Below, piece by piece: positions 18,262 through 28,645 of a stretch of DNA of 64,000 nt (position 1 is the stretch's first letter; every line of letters starts with the position of its first letter). The position numbers were made by a program, and so were the translations under genes. The stretch comes from an uncultured Clostridiaceae bacterium. Its GTDB lineage: Bacteria; Bacillota; Clostridia; TANB77; CAG-508. The notes below the pieces were generated by a model, which was not told where the DNA came from, did no database searches, and saw only the letters and a list, made by a program, of their open reading frames with translations. The stretch covers positions 7,998 through 71,997 of the forward strand of contig CATLFA010000003.1 in NCBI GenBank assembly GCA_949927585.1, in the 5' to 3' direction.

Positions 18262-20729
18262 ATGAAAAAAATTGAATTACTTTCTCCTGTTGGAGATTTT
18301 GAATGTTTAAAAGCTGCTGTACAAAATGGTGCAGATAGTGTATATTTTGGAGCTGCTAATTTTAATGCTAGGGCTTCAGCTACTAATTTTGATTTAACTA
18401 ACTTAAAAGAAGCTATTACTTATGCTAAGCAAAGAGGTGTAAACACACACCTTACCTTAAATACTTTAATAAAAAATGAAGAATTTGAAGATGCTATTAT
18501 ACTTGCAGAAAAAGCTTATGAATTTGGAATTGATGCAATTATTGTTCAAGACTTAGGTTTAGCAAAAACTTTAATAGAAAACTTTCCAGATTTACCAATA
18601 CATGCAAGTACACAAATGACCATACATAATTTAGAAGGTGTTCTTGAAGCTGAGAATCTAGGCTTTAAACGTGTTGTACTTTCAAGAGAGCTTTCGCTAG
18701 AAGAAATTACATATATTTGTGCACATTCTAATGTTGAAATAGAAACATTTATACATGGTGCATTGTGTATTTCATATTCAGGTCAATGTCTATTTTCTAG
18801 TATGGTTGGCGGAAGGTCACGGAAACCGTGGTAGATGTGCTCAGCCATGTAGGCTTCCATATAAACTTGTCTCAAAAGTGGCAGATACCCCAAAAGTGAC
18901 AGATACCCCATTTGGAAACGTCCCTAATGGGAATGGTTATTTGCTTAGTACTAGGGATTTGTGTGGTTTGGAGTTTATTCCTGATTTGATAAATAGTGGG
19001 GTTATGTGCTTTAAAATTGAAGGTAGAATGAAATCTCCTGAGTATGTTGCTACTGTTACTAGAATTTATAGAAAATATATTGACTTGGCTTTATCTGATA
19101 AACCTTATGTTATTGATGAAATAGATAAAAAAGAACTTATACAAGTTTTTAACCGTGGTGGTTTTTCTCGGTGGGCATCTTGCTAATACTGCTAATAAAG
19201 ATTTGGTTTATTCTAAAAAACCTAATCATATGGGAATTTATATTGGTAATGTTTCTAATTTTAAACCTAATAAAGGTCATATTTTCTTTAATTTGACTGA
19301 TTCTATTTCTATAGGTGATACTATTGGTTTTGAAAATGAAACTACTAAATATACTGTTTCTGAACTTATGATTAAGGGCAAAAATGTTACTACTGCTAAT
19401 AAAAAGCAATTAGTTGAAATTGGTAGAATGAAGGGTAATATTGGTATTGGCGATAAAATTTATAAACTTGCTAGTAAAGAACTTTCTGCAAATAGCAAAC
19501 TTTCATATAGCACAGAAAATAGAAAAATTTTTCTATCAGCTTTTGTGAAAATTAGAGAAAATGAGCCTATAGAGCTTACTGTTAGCACTATTTCTAGTGA
19601 CAATGACATTTTTAATAATATAACTGTTCATCATAAGTCAGATATTGTAGCAGTTAAAGCAAATTCTAGACCTATTGATGAAGAAAGAATTAAGGCTCAA
19701 ATTTCTAAAACTAATAATACTATTTTTAATTTTGAAACTATTAACGTTGATTTAGAAGATAATTTATTTATTCCTTCTATTAGTGTTCTAAATGAACTTA
19801 GAAGGAACTGCTTAGATGAAATTTTAGCTATTGCTAATTCTAGAATTTTTAGAAAAGGTAAAAATGTAAAATTAAGTTTGACTTCTAATAATAAAAAGGT
19901 AGGAGCAAAAAATAGGAAGATTTCTCTTCTTCTTAATGTTATAAATAAAGATATTGATTATACTTTGCTTAAAAATATTGATAATGTGTATATACCTTTA
20001 AAATATTTTGCTAATAAGAAACTTGAAAAAGAGTTACATTCTATTTGCGAAAACTTTAAAGCTTACATTTATTTGCCTACAGTTATAAAAGCTAATTATA
20101 AAAACCTTTTAAATAATATTGTTTCAAATTCTATTGATAAATTTAACATTAAAGGATTTGTTATTTCTAACATTTCTTCATGTGTATTTATTAGTAATTT
20201 GAAAGAAAAATATGGCGATAAGTTTGAGTATATTGCAAATTATACTTTAAATGTTTATAATAATTATACTGATAAAATTCTTCAAAATTTAGGTGTAAGC
20301 AAAATTACTATTTCGCCTGAGCTTAATAGTTCTACTATTAATTCTATTTGTGAGCATAAGGTAGCTAATAATGAACTTATTGTTTATGGAAGAACTCCAC
20401 TAATGACTTCTAACTACTGCTTGCTTGGCGGTACTAACAAATGCTACCCTACTTGTGGTAGCAAGTGTAAAGAAGATGTTAAATATTATTTAAAAGATAG
20501 ACTTGGCTTTAGTTTTAGAATTATGCCTGATAGCATTCAAACTGTTACTACTATTTATAATAGTAAAATAACCTCAATAAACGGCTCTGACTTTAATGTT
20601 AATTCTTATAGAATTGATGTTATAGACGAAAGTATTGATGAAATAAATGATATTGTTAATGTTGTTTTGGAGGGTAATAGATTAGAGGGTAAGGACTATA
20701 CTAATGGAAATTTGAATAGAGAAATTTAG
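18262..20729 (+). CDS. U32-family peptidase (about 820 aa once reconstructed). Frame interrupted twice, at in-frame CGG 18820-18822 and 19169-19171.
   Basis: MKKIELLSPVGDFECLKAAVQNGADSVYFG..., ISYSGQCLFSSMVGGRS|GNRGRCAQPCRLPY, YLLSTRDL, FKIEGRMKSPEYV, FNRGGFS|GGHL. The three track ORFs are collinear pieces of one gene. Confidence 0.85.
18874..18933 (+). repeat. GC-rich short element embedded in-frame in the U32 CDS (18-nt tandem duplication plus a 44-nt block shared with 51769..51812)
   Basis: AAAAGTGGCAGATACCCC / AAAAGTGACAGATACCCC in tandem. 18890-18933 matches 51769-51812 at 42 of 44 positions. Confidence 0.6.
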
Positions 20730-20739
20730 AAAAGAATTA

Positions 20740-20775
20740 AAGAATTGGGACTCGTCCCAATTCTTTCCCTCTTTT
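20740..20775 (+). terminator. Terminator of the U32 gene (AAGAATTGGGAC-TC-GTCCCAATTCTT)
   Basis: Perfect 12-bp palindrome followed by a T-rich tract. Confidence 0.7.
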
Positions 20776-20781
20776 CTCTCT

Positions 20782-21090
20782 TTAATGTTTTGCACTTAAT
20801 TTTATTATTAAATCCATATTATCATCTTTTGCTGTTTTATTTTTTCTAATTGCTCCACATTTTTTGCATTTGAATATTATTACATAGCCTTTTTTGCTAT
20901 CTATTTCTAGCCCAATTGGTTCTAGTACCCCATGGCACTCTTCTTCCCTATCTCCTGGGTTTATATCTACGTGTTTTGAGTGCAAACAGTGTGGGCAATG
21001 GTTTCTGCATGAGTAGCCTAGTTTTTCTACTCTTTTTCCGCAATTTTCACATATAAATTCTTCATCTATTTCTGTAAATTTACCTGCCAT
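20782..21090 (-). CDS. RNHCP domain-containing zinc-ribbon protein
   Basis: Literal CRNHCPHCLHSKH motif, plus CENCGK and CKKCG cysteine pairs. Confidence 0.6.
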   Translation of the reverse strand: MAGKFTEIDEEFICENCGKRVEKLGYSCRNHCPHCLHSKHVDINPGDREEECHGVLEPIGLEIDSKKGYVIIFKCKKCGAIRKNKTAKDDNMDLIIKLSAKH

Positions 21091-21126
21091 TTTTTATCCT
21101 TTCTGCTATTCTAATTATTTATTAAA

Positions 21127-21178
21127 GGAGTGTCCCCAGCGTTCCGAATTCGGAACGAAAAGGACCGTCCCTAGCGTG
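21127..21178. repeat. GC-rich palindromic element, copy 2 (related to 2487..2548)
   Basis: CGTTCCGAATTCGGAACG palindrome (21140-21157) plus the shared GAACGAAAAGGACC. Lies directly 3' of the stop codon of the next gene. Confidence 0.5.
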
Positions 21179-22816
21179 CTACTCTTCAAATATACTGTTT
21201 CCTAGAAATTCTTGCAAAAGTGAATTTTTAGGTATATATTCGGTATCTATTGGTTCGAAGTATTTTAAGAATTTGCATAGTCTTTTTGCTTCTGAGTATT
21301 CGTCGTCTTCTGGTGTTATTTGTTCAAATAGTGGTAGTGCATAGTTTCTTAGGGCGTTTATTTCGTATATTAGTGAGGTGTTGAACATTACGTCTGCTTG
21401 TTCTTGATATGGGAATATGTTTTTTTCTTCTCCAGCTGTTACTGATGACCATGCCCCTAAAGTTCTTTTTGCGTTATAGCCTCTAAATTGGTTATCTCTT
21501 ACTGTTCTTCTTATTATTCTTGTATCAGTTGTTGATATTCTGTTGTAGTAATCTATATTTAATACTGTTAATGCACTTATATATATTTTGAATTTTTGTT
21601 CTTTTGGAATTGCAGGTGTTAAGTTATCATTTAAACAGTGTATTCCTTCCATTACTAGCACTTCGTCTTCTTCTAATTTCATTGTATTTCCTAAGTATTC
21701 TTTATGCCCTGTTTTGAAGTTAAAAGTTGGCATTTTTATTTCTTCTCCATTTAGAAGTTTGCCCAAATCATCATTTAATAATTTCAAGTCTACCGCTTCT
21801 AATGCTTCAAAATTTGGCTTTCCATTTTCATCTAGTGGGGTCTCTTCCCTTTCTACAAAATAGTTGTCTACTGAAATTGTTTTTGGCTTTATTCCATTTA
21901 GTCTAAGCTGAATTCCTAATCTTTTTGCAAATGTTGTTTTTCCAGAAGATGATGGTCCTGCTATTAGTATTATTCTTTTTTCTTTATTTTTTGCTACTTC
22001 ATCTGCTATTTGTGAAATTTTCTTTTCGTGAAGAGCTTCTGATATTAATATAAGTTCTTTTGCTTTCCCTTCTCTTATTATTTTATTTATTTGGTCTAAA
22101 TTGCATACTCCTAAAGCATTGTATATATCATCATATTCTTCTAATGTTCGTAGTAATTTTTTAGTTTCTTCATATGGCATAATTTTATTTGGTTCTTTTT
22201 TACTTGGATACCTTATTAAAAATCCATTATTATATTTCATAATGTCAAATAATTTTATAAAACCTGTTGAAATTGGCATAACTCCGAAGAAGTAATTATA
22301 ATATTCATTACAAAAATATAAAGACATTTCATTTTTTTCTTTATCTTCTAACTGTGCTTTTCCTATAGTTGTATTTTCTTTTTTCAAAAATTCTATTGCT
22401 TTTTCTCTTGGTAATTCTCTTTTTTCTATTTTCAAATCTGCATCTATAATTTCTTGCATTTTCTTACGTACATTTTCTATCATTTCTTTAGTAGGTTCTA
22501 TATTTTTTAGTTCACATATCATACTACTTTTTAATTGATAATTTACTGTAAGTAATATTTCTGGATATAACTCTTTGAAGGCCATAGACATTATGAATAA
22601 AAGTCCTCTTGTATAAATTCTGGCTCCGTCTCTATCAGTTGTACTTAATAATTCTATTTTATCATTATTTTGTAATTTATAATTCAAGTTCTTTACTTCA
22701 TTATTAACCATACATGCAATTATATTATTGTTTTCTTCTATTTTTTCTTTAAAAACATCTATTACTCTATCATTTTCATTTATTTCAATTTCCATGTTTT
22801 TATATATTATTTTCAT
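21179..22816 (-). CDS. Uridine kinase / PRK-family nucleoside kinase with an N-terminal TGS/ThrRS-like extension
   Basis: P-loop IAGPSSSGKTTFAKRL in the C-terminal half, long N-terminal domain. Start placed at the ATG 9 nt after the AAAGGA RBS. Confidence 0.7.
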   Translation of the reverse strand: MKIIYKNMEIEINENDRVIDVFKEKIEENNNIIACMVNNEVKNLNYKLQNNDKIELLSTTDRDGARIYTRGLLFIMSMAFKELYPEILLTVNYQLKSSMICELKNIEPTKEMIENVRKKMQEIIDADLKIEKRELPREKAIEFLKKENTTIGKAQLEDKEKNEMSLYFCNEYYNYFFGVMPISTGFIKLFDIMKYNNGFLIRYPSKKEPNKIMPYEETKKLLRTLEEYDDIYNALGVCNLDQINKIIREGKAKELILISEALHEKKISQIADEVAKNKEKRIILIAGPSSSGKTTFAKRLGIQLRLNGIKPKTISVDNYFVEREETPLDENGKPNFEALEAVDLKLLNDDLGKLLNGEEIKMPTFNFKTGHKEYLGNTMKLEEDEVLVMEGIHCLNDNLTPAIPKEQKFKIYISALTVLNIDYYNRISTTDTRIIRRTVRDNQFRGYNAKRTLGAWSSVTAGEEKNIFPYQEQADVMFNTSLIYEINALRNYALPLFEQITPEDDEYSEAKRLCKFLKYFEPIDTEYIPKNSLLQEFLGNSIFEE

Positions 22817-23002
22817 ATGCATTTTTCCTTTCAATTATATTGTATGTAGTTAAAATTATTATATCCTATTTTATATAAATGTCAATATTAGATGTTAGAG
22901 ATTAGAAGTTGGATTTTGGTAAATTCTATGTAGTATTTTTGCATATTTTATCAGCTTTTGGAAAGCATATAAATATATTATACGTTAAAAGGATTGAAAT
23001 AT

Positions 23003-24691
23003 ATGGATTTTAAAAAAGTTTTTAATAAATTTTTTACTATTGAAAATAGAGAACAATACGATTTTAGTTTACCTGAAAATTATAATGAAAATAAGATTTC
23101 TACTAATGACCAAGATAAAACTATGGAACCTAAAAGTATTTTTCCTAGTATAGAACTTAATTTAGAATATATTAAAACTAGATATAATTCTTTAATTAAT
23201 AGTGATATTGTTATTAGAGAATTTTCTCTTTCTGCACGTAATAGACAATATAATGCATTTTTATTATTTATTGATGGAATGGTAGATACTGATTTAGTTA
23301 ATAATTATGTTCTTAAACCTTTAATGTTAAGAAATGATGCAAATACTTATGAAGGTAATGAAGATAGAATTATATCTGAAGCTAAAACTAATAACATTAC
23401 TGTTAGAAAAGTTAAGAAATTTAATATTCTTGACTATATTTCTAGCTGTTTAATTCCTCAAAATAGTTTGAGCGAGAGTTCTACTTTTGATGAAATTATA
23501 AGTGGGATAAATTCTGGAAATTGTGCTTTATTTATTGATACTTTAAATGTAGCTTTTAATATAGAAGTAAAAGGTTTTAAGCAAAGAAGTGTAGAATCAC
23601 CTAAAAATGAAATTGTTATTAAAGGTCCTCATGAAGCTTTTGTTGAAAATATAAGAACTAATACTTCTCTTCTTCGTAGAATTATAAATAATGAAGGTTT
23701 AATTATTCAGAACATAGAAGTTGGTAATATTACAAAAACTAAGTGTGCTATATGTTATATAAAAGATATTGCTAATTCCGACTTAGTTTCAGAGGTCGAA
23801 TATAGAATTAATAATTTGCAAGTTGATTCTATTCTTTCTGCTGGTGAATTAGAGCAATTAATAGTAGATAGTAATGATTTAGGATTACCTAAAGTGTTAT
23901 CTACTGAAAGACCAGATACTGCTTCTAGGCATTTGCTTCAAGGTAGAGTTATTATTATTGTTAATGGTACTCCCTTTGCTTTAATTGTTCCAGCTACATT
24001 AACAGATTTTTTATCTACACCAGAAGATATAAATTTAAAACCTGCATATTCTAATTTCTTAAAGGGAATTCGTCTTTTAGGTGCAATAATTACCTTATTA
24101 CTTCCTGGCGTTTATGTTGCTATAACAAGTTTTCATCAAGAAATATTTCCTACTGAATTACTGTTTTCTATACTCTCCGCAAGGGAAAACGTTCCATTTC
24201 CTATAATTTTGGAAATTCTTCTTATGGAAATATCTTTTGAGCTTATTCGTGAAGCTTCTTTAAGAGTTCCTTCTCCTATTGGCTCTACCATTGGTATTGT
24301 TGGCGCTTTAGTTATAGGAGAAGCTGCTGTTAGTGCAAGTATTGTTAGCCCTACTCTTATTATTATAGTTGCAATTACTGCTATTGCCTCTTCTACTATT
24401 CCAGATTATACTTTTAGTTTTCATTTAAGATTATTTAGATTTTTATTTATATTACTAGGTTTTATGGCTGGATTTTTAGGTATAAGTTTAGGACTTTTTG
24501 TGTATATTTCTTTAATTACAAATATGAAGTCTTTTGGTTTAAGTACTACTGTTCCTTTTGCCCCTTATGTAAAATCTAAAGGAAATAAATATTTCCTTCC
24601 TCCTATTTGGAAAAGAGAATATAGACCTCCTTATTTGGATCCTAAAATTTCTAAGGATCAAGATAATATTAGTATGAAGTGGAGATATTAG
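23003..24691 (+). CDS. Spore germination protein, GerA (A-subunit) family
   Basis: Typical GerAA/KA architecture: soluble N-terminal region, then C-terminal TM helices (LLGAIITLLLPGVYVAITSFHQE...LLMEISFELIREA...). No gerB or gerC partners adjacent. Confidence 0.8.
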   Translation: MDFKKVFNKFFTIENREQYDFSLPENYNENKISTNDQDKTMEPKSIFPSIELNLEYIKTRYNSLINSDIVIREFSLSARNRQYNAFLLFIDGMVDTDLVNNYVLKPLMLRNDANTYEGNEDRIISEAKTNNITVRKVKKFNILDYISSCLIPQNSLSESSTFDEIISGINSGNCALFIDTLNVAFNIEVKGFKQRSVESPKNEIVIKGPHEAFVENIRTNTSLLRRIINNEGLIIQNIEVGNITKTKCAICYIKDIANSDLVSEVEYRINNLQVDSILSAGELEQLIVDSNDLGLPKVLSTERPDTASRHLLQGRVIIIVNGTPFALIVPATLTDFLSTPEDINLKPAYSNFLKGIRLLGAIITLLLPGVYVAITSFHQEIFPTELLFSILSARENVPFPIILEILLMEISFELIREASLRVPSPIGSTIGIVGALVIGEAAVSASIVSPTLIIIVAITAIASSTIPDYTFSFHLRLFRFLFILLGFMAGFLGISLGLFVYISLITNMKSFGLSTTVPFAPYVKSKGNKYFLPPIWKREYRPPYLDPKISKDQDNISMKWRY

Positions 24692-24945
24692 GGTTTAGTA
24701 GCTGACACTGCAGCTAAAAATAAAGAGCGAATGATTAATAATTCTTTTATTTATATTGCTGTACATTTATTAATTATTTATATTTTATATTTTCAATATA
24801 TCTTTAATAAAATTGTACTTAATAGACCTATATAACACTTTTTAATCAAATAATATGAATTTATAAAATTTAAGACTCTAATTTAACGAATAATAAAAAA
24901 GCATCCCTATAAAATAATTCCTTATTCCATAGGGGTGCGCAGTAT

Positions 24946-25020
<75 letters not shown>

Positions 25021-25166
25021 ATTAATTTTTTTATTCTTTATCAGAACAGTTTTTATTATAAACTTTTTTATTTTGTTTGTCAATAGTTATTTTAAAATTT
25101 TTTTAATTTTTTTCAATTTTTTAAATTTTAACAGAATTAAAAAAACACTTTAAGATAGTTTATCTA

Positions 25167-25208
25167 AAATTATTGGGTTGTTAAAAACAACAACCCAATA
25201 ATTTTTTA
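25167..25208. terminator. Hairpin terminator downstream of folA
   Basis: AAATTATTGGGTTGTT-AAAAAC-AACAACCCAATAATTT. Confidence 0.6.
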
Positions 25209-25215
25209 TTTAAAA

Positions 25216-25704
25216 CTACTTTCTTATATATGTTATATATTCATAATTAAATGGATTTTTTTCATCTTTTATTCCTTTTTGTCTTTCTACTTCTTGCCAA
25301 ACATTACTATCTATTTGAGGGAAATATACATCTCCTTCAAATTCTTCATTTATTTTTGTTATATACATTTTATTTGCATATGGCATAAGTAATTTATATA
25401 TTGTAGCTCCTCCAATTATGAAATTTTCCTCTTCTGAATTAATATAATTATCTAATAATTGTATATTATCTATTACTTCTACGTTTTCATCTTCAATATT
25501 AAGGTTTGCATCGTTACATAGGACTATATGTTTTCTATTTGGAAGTACTCTACCTAAAGACTCAAAAGTTTTTCTTCCCATAATTATTGTATGACCTGTT
25601 GTTAATTGTTTAAATCTTTTTAAGTCTTCTGGCAAATGCCAAATTAATTTATTATCTTTTCCTATTACATTATTTTTTGCTACTGCAACTATAATACTTA
25701 ACAT
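25216..25704 (-). CDS. folA: Dihydrofolate reductase
   Basis: MLSIIVAVAKNNVIGKDNKLIWHLPEDLKRFKQLTTGHTIIMGRKTFESLG. Start chosen at the ATG after the GGAAGGAG RBS, not at the longer track ORF. Confidence 0.85.
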   Translation of the reverse strand: MLSIIVAVAKNNVIGKDNKLIWHLPEDLKRFKQLTTGHTIIMGRKTFESLGRVLPNRKHIVLCNDANLNIEDENVEVIDNIQLLDNYINSEEENFIIGGATIYKLLMPYANKMYITKINEEFEGDVYFPQIDSNVWQEVERQKGIKDEKNPFNYEYITYIRK

Positions 25705-25816
25705 TTTTATTTTCTCCTTCCAAATACAAAATAGTTTTACCACACTTAATACTATGCCTTGAAACATTTAATAAAACATATACAAAGTAAGTAAGTGGCT
25801 TTTCTATAAAAGTCTA

Positions 25817-26674
25817 TTAAATTGCTACTGGTATTTTTCCTAATTTCATGTCTTTATTATAATCATAACCTTGTATTTCAAAATCTTCTACTTTAAAGTC
25901 ATAGAAGTTTGTTGTTGGGTTATTTATGATAAGTTTTGGGCTTACATCCATTGGCTCTGCTGCAATTAATTTTTCAATTAGTGGTATGTGCCTGTCATAT
26001 ATATGGCAATCTCCTATATTATGTGTTAGTGTACCTACTTCTAACCCTGCAACTTGTGCAAACATGCATAAAAGTGCTGCATATTGCATTGTGTTCCATC
26101 CATTTGCTGCAAGCATATCTTGTGAACGTTGATTTAATATAAGGTGTAGTTTTCCACCTTTTACTAACCATTGTGTACCATATGCACATGGCTCTAAATT
26201 CATATCTTTTAATTCTTCATGATTAAATATATTTGTCATAATACGACGACTTGCTGGATCATTTTTTAATAAATATAGGCAATAATCTACTTGATCCATT
26301 TCTTGAACACCTTGTTTTGTTTTAAATTTATATTTTTTAGCCATTTGGTATCCATAGGCTTTTCCTATACTTCCATCTTCGTCTGCCCATTGGTCCCAAA
26401 TATGTGAGTTTAAATCATTTACATTATTTGATTTTTTCTGCCAAATCCATAGTAGTTCATCTATTGCTCTTTTTACTGTTTGAGTATTGTTACGAAGTGT
26501 AATCATAGGAAATTCTTTTCCTACATCATATACATTTGTTACTCCTACTAGTGAAATATAATTTGCTTCTTCTCCATCTTCCCACCTTGTTCTAACTCCT
26601 GTTCCTTCTGAAGAATATCCTTCTTTAATTATTCTTTTACATGTTTCAATAAAGTGTTTATCTGCTTCAGTCAT
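25817..26674 (-). CDS. thyA: Thymidylate synthase (ThyA type)
   Basis: 285 aa with conserved blocks IWDQWADEDGSIGKAYGYQ, LEPCAYGTQW (active-site Cys), NQRSQDML and GDCHIYDRHI. Confidence 0.8.
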   Translation of the reverse strand: MTEADKHFIETCKRIIKEGYSSEGTGVRTRWEDGEEANYISLVGVTNVYDVGKEFPMITLRNNTQTVKRAIDELLWIWQKKSNNVNDLNSHIWDQWADEDGSIGKAYGYQMAKKYKFKTKQGVQEMDQVDYCLYLLKNDPASRRIMTNIFNHEELKDMNLEPCAYGTQWLVKGGKLHLILNQRSQDMLAANGWNTMQYAALLCMFAQVAGLEVGTLTHNIGDCHIYDRHIPLIEKLIAAEPMDVSPKLIINNPTTNFYDFKVEDFEIQGYDYNKDMKLGKIPVAI

Positions 26675-26757
26675 ATTATTACCTCCATTATTTCTTATTT
26701 ATGAAAATAATATCATAAGCATTTTTAATTGTAAAGTAATTTCTATGATTTCTTTGT

Positions 26758-26796
26758 ATCACCAAAAAGAGACCTAAAAGGTCTCTTTTTGGTGAT
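26758..26796. terminator. Hairpin terminator directly after the thyX stop
   Basis: ATCACCAAAAAGAGACC-TAAAA-GGTCTCTTTTTGGTGAT. Confidence 0.7.
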
Positions 26797-26797
26797 T

Positions 26798-27961
26798 TTA
26801 CACTAATCTATCTAATGCATTTTTTGCACCCCATATGCAAGGTTTTGCACAGCTATAATCATAGAAAGTGCATCTTGCACCAGTTGCATATTGCATTAAG
26901 TATTCATATACTTTCCAATTTGTTTCTTTTGTATTTTTTAAATATTGATTTAATGTTTCTTTTGTCTGCATAGCTATTTCAAGCTGTGCACATCCGCATA
27001 AACGTTCCTTACATTTAAGTATAAAGTTTTCTACTGTTCCTCTTTCATTTACATATACCATAGTTCCTTGTGGAAAATATTCTGAAAGAGATTTAATATC
27101 TTCAAGCCATTCTGCCTCTAATTCGGTATTTCTAATAATTGGAGGCACAAAATACAATGGTTCACGATAGTTTATAGAAGCTTCAAAAATTTCATAGCTT
27201 AATGTTCTATGTCTCTGCGCCTGTGCTACTTGTGCAAAGGACGCCCAATAACTATAGCAATAATTCCATCCCCACTCATCCTTTTTAACTTCATCAGAAA
27301 ACAAGCATAACTTCCTATTCTTAGACTTTGGATTAATTCCTGAAACTTTATATTTTGAGTGTAGTTCTATAAACTCTTTAAGATATGGTTTCAAAAGTTC
27401 ATTAAACTTTGTTTCATCACCATTATCTACTAAATCTTGCATAAAGTGAAGAATATAGCTAAATTGTTCAAGGCTAATTGTATGCCCCATTACAGTTGCA
27501 GGTGTAAACACACTAATTAAATAGCGTGCATTTTCTTGTGCCAACTTCTGTGCCTGTTTTTCTTCAATACTCGGATATACTTCATGAATTCTTTCTTTGT
27601 ATATTTCAATCCATTTTTCATAAAGTACTCTTTCTTCTTCAGATGGATTCATTTTTGTAAATCTCGCTGATTTTTCTGAAGTATCATAAACTTTCTCATT
27701 GTTAAGTATCATAGCTATAATTTTGGGAATTCCTTCAAATACAAAATTGTATTGTGGATGTCCAAACACACTATGATGATTTGAGCTCATATTACCATTT
27801 GCCCGCCTTATTGTCTTTTCCTCAGGTTCTGCTAAAATGTCATCTACTGTATCTGGCATATAGCATATGCCTGCCTCATAAGCTGATAACTTAATTGCCT
27901 CTTCAATTGGAAGTTCATAATCTAACTTTGTTGATGCTAATACTCTTGTTTTCATACGCAT
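26798..27961 (-). CDS. thyX: FAD-dependent thymidylate synthase ThyX-like protein (long form, about 387 aa)
   Basis: ThyX-like blocks SSNHHSVFGHP, EKSARF, ENARYL, QRHRTLSYE and CGCAQLEI. Contains a normally read in-frame CGG (plus-strand CCG 27803-27805). Confidence 0.65.
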   Translation of the reverse strand: MRMKTRVLASTKLDYELPIEEAIKLSAYEAGICYMPDTVDDILAEPEEKTIRRANGNMSSNHHSVFGHPQYNFVFEGIPKIIAMILNNEKVYDTSEKSARFTKMNPSEEERVLYEKWIEIYKERIHEVYPSIEEKQAQKLAQENARYLISVFTPATVMGHTISLEQFSYILHFMQDLVDNGDETKFNELLKPYLKEFIELHSKYKVSGINPKSKNRKLCLFSDEVKKDEWGWNYCYSYWASFAQVAQAQRHRTLSYEIFEASINYREPLYFVPPIIRNTELEAEWLEDIKSLSEYFPQGTMVYVNERGTVENFILKCKERLCGCAQLEIAMQTKETLNQYLKNTKETNWKVYEYLMQYATGARCTFYDYSCAKPCIWGAKNALDRLV

Positions 27962-28108
27962 TTTTCTCCTTTTCAATAATTATATTGTTAAAAGTTACTA
28001 TAAAATTATGTAAAAGGAGTATATCACTATAACATAATTTTTGCAATAGTTTTATGTAATTTTTATATAAAGTCTATGGTATTTTTATAAAGTTTCGATA
28101 TTATGCAT

Positions 28109-28393
28109 TTACATATTTTTTCTCATATTCATAATACTTTTTATTATTAATAATTTTTCTTTTTCTTGGAATTCATAAAAGATTAAAAAATTTTTATAGA
28201 TTATAAATCTATTTTGTGAATTTCTATAAATTGAACCTATGTATGGGAATAACTCTAAACTATCAATTTTAGCAGTTATTCCCCTTAAAAAATTTTCTGA
28301 AGCAATGGGATTTAATAATTTGAATTTTATATAATAATATATACTTAATATATCATAGACTGCTGTTTTTTGTTTGATTATCGTATATATAAT
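28109..28393 (-). CDS. RelE/ParE-family toxin (about 94 aa) with an unclear or non-canonical start
   Basis: IIKQKTAVYDILSIYYYI...RGITAKIDSLELFPYIGS...RFIIYKNFLIFYEFQEKEKLLIIKSI is ParE-like. The frame opens just after an AAGGAG RBS, but the first codons are ATT ATA. Not in the ORF track. Confidence 0.45.
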   Translation of the reverse strand: MIYTIIKQKTAVYDILSIYYYIKFKLLNPIASENFLRGITAKIDSLELFPYIGSIYRNSQNRFIIYKNFLIFYEFQEKEKLLIIKSIMNMRKNM

Positions 28394-28526
28394 CTAATCT
28401 CCTTATCCAATCATTAATAATTTTTTTAGATTCTTCATTTGTATAAAATCTCCCATTTTTCATATCTTCATCAGCCATTGCAAGTTTTCTATCAATTTCT
28501 CTCATTTCTTCCTCAGTAAACTCCAT
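28353..28526 (-). CDS. Putative antitoxin (57 aa) overlapping the toxin start
   Basis: GGAGGT RBS. MEFTEEEMREIDRKLAMADEDMKNGRFYTNEESKKIINDWIRRL. Typical short acidic antitoxin position upstream of a ParE-like ORF. Confidence 0.45.
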   Translation of the reverse strand: MEFTEEEMREIDRKLAMADEDMKNGRFYTNEESKKIINDWIRRLDYIYDNQTKNSSL

Positions 28527-28645
28527 CTTTTTACCTCCTTATTATCTTTATTAATTAGTATTCTATATTGCATAGTATTTTATGTCAATAATATTTATTA
28601 AATTTTATTAAGAAATTTTTGACAATATTTTACAAAATTTTTAGT

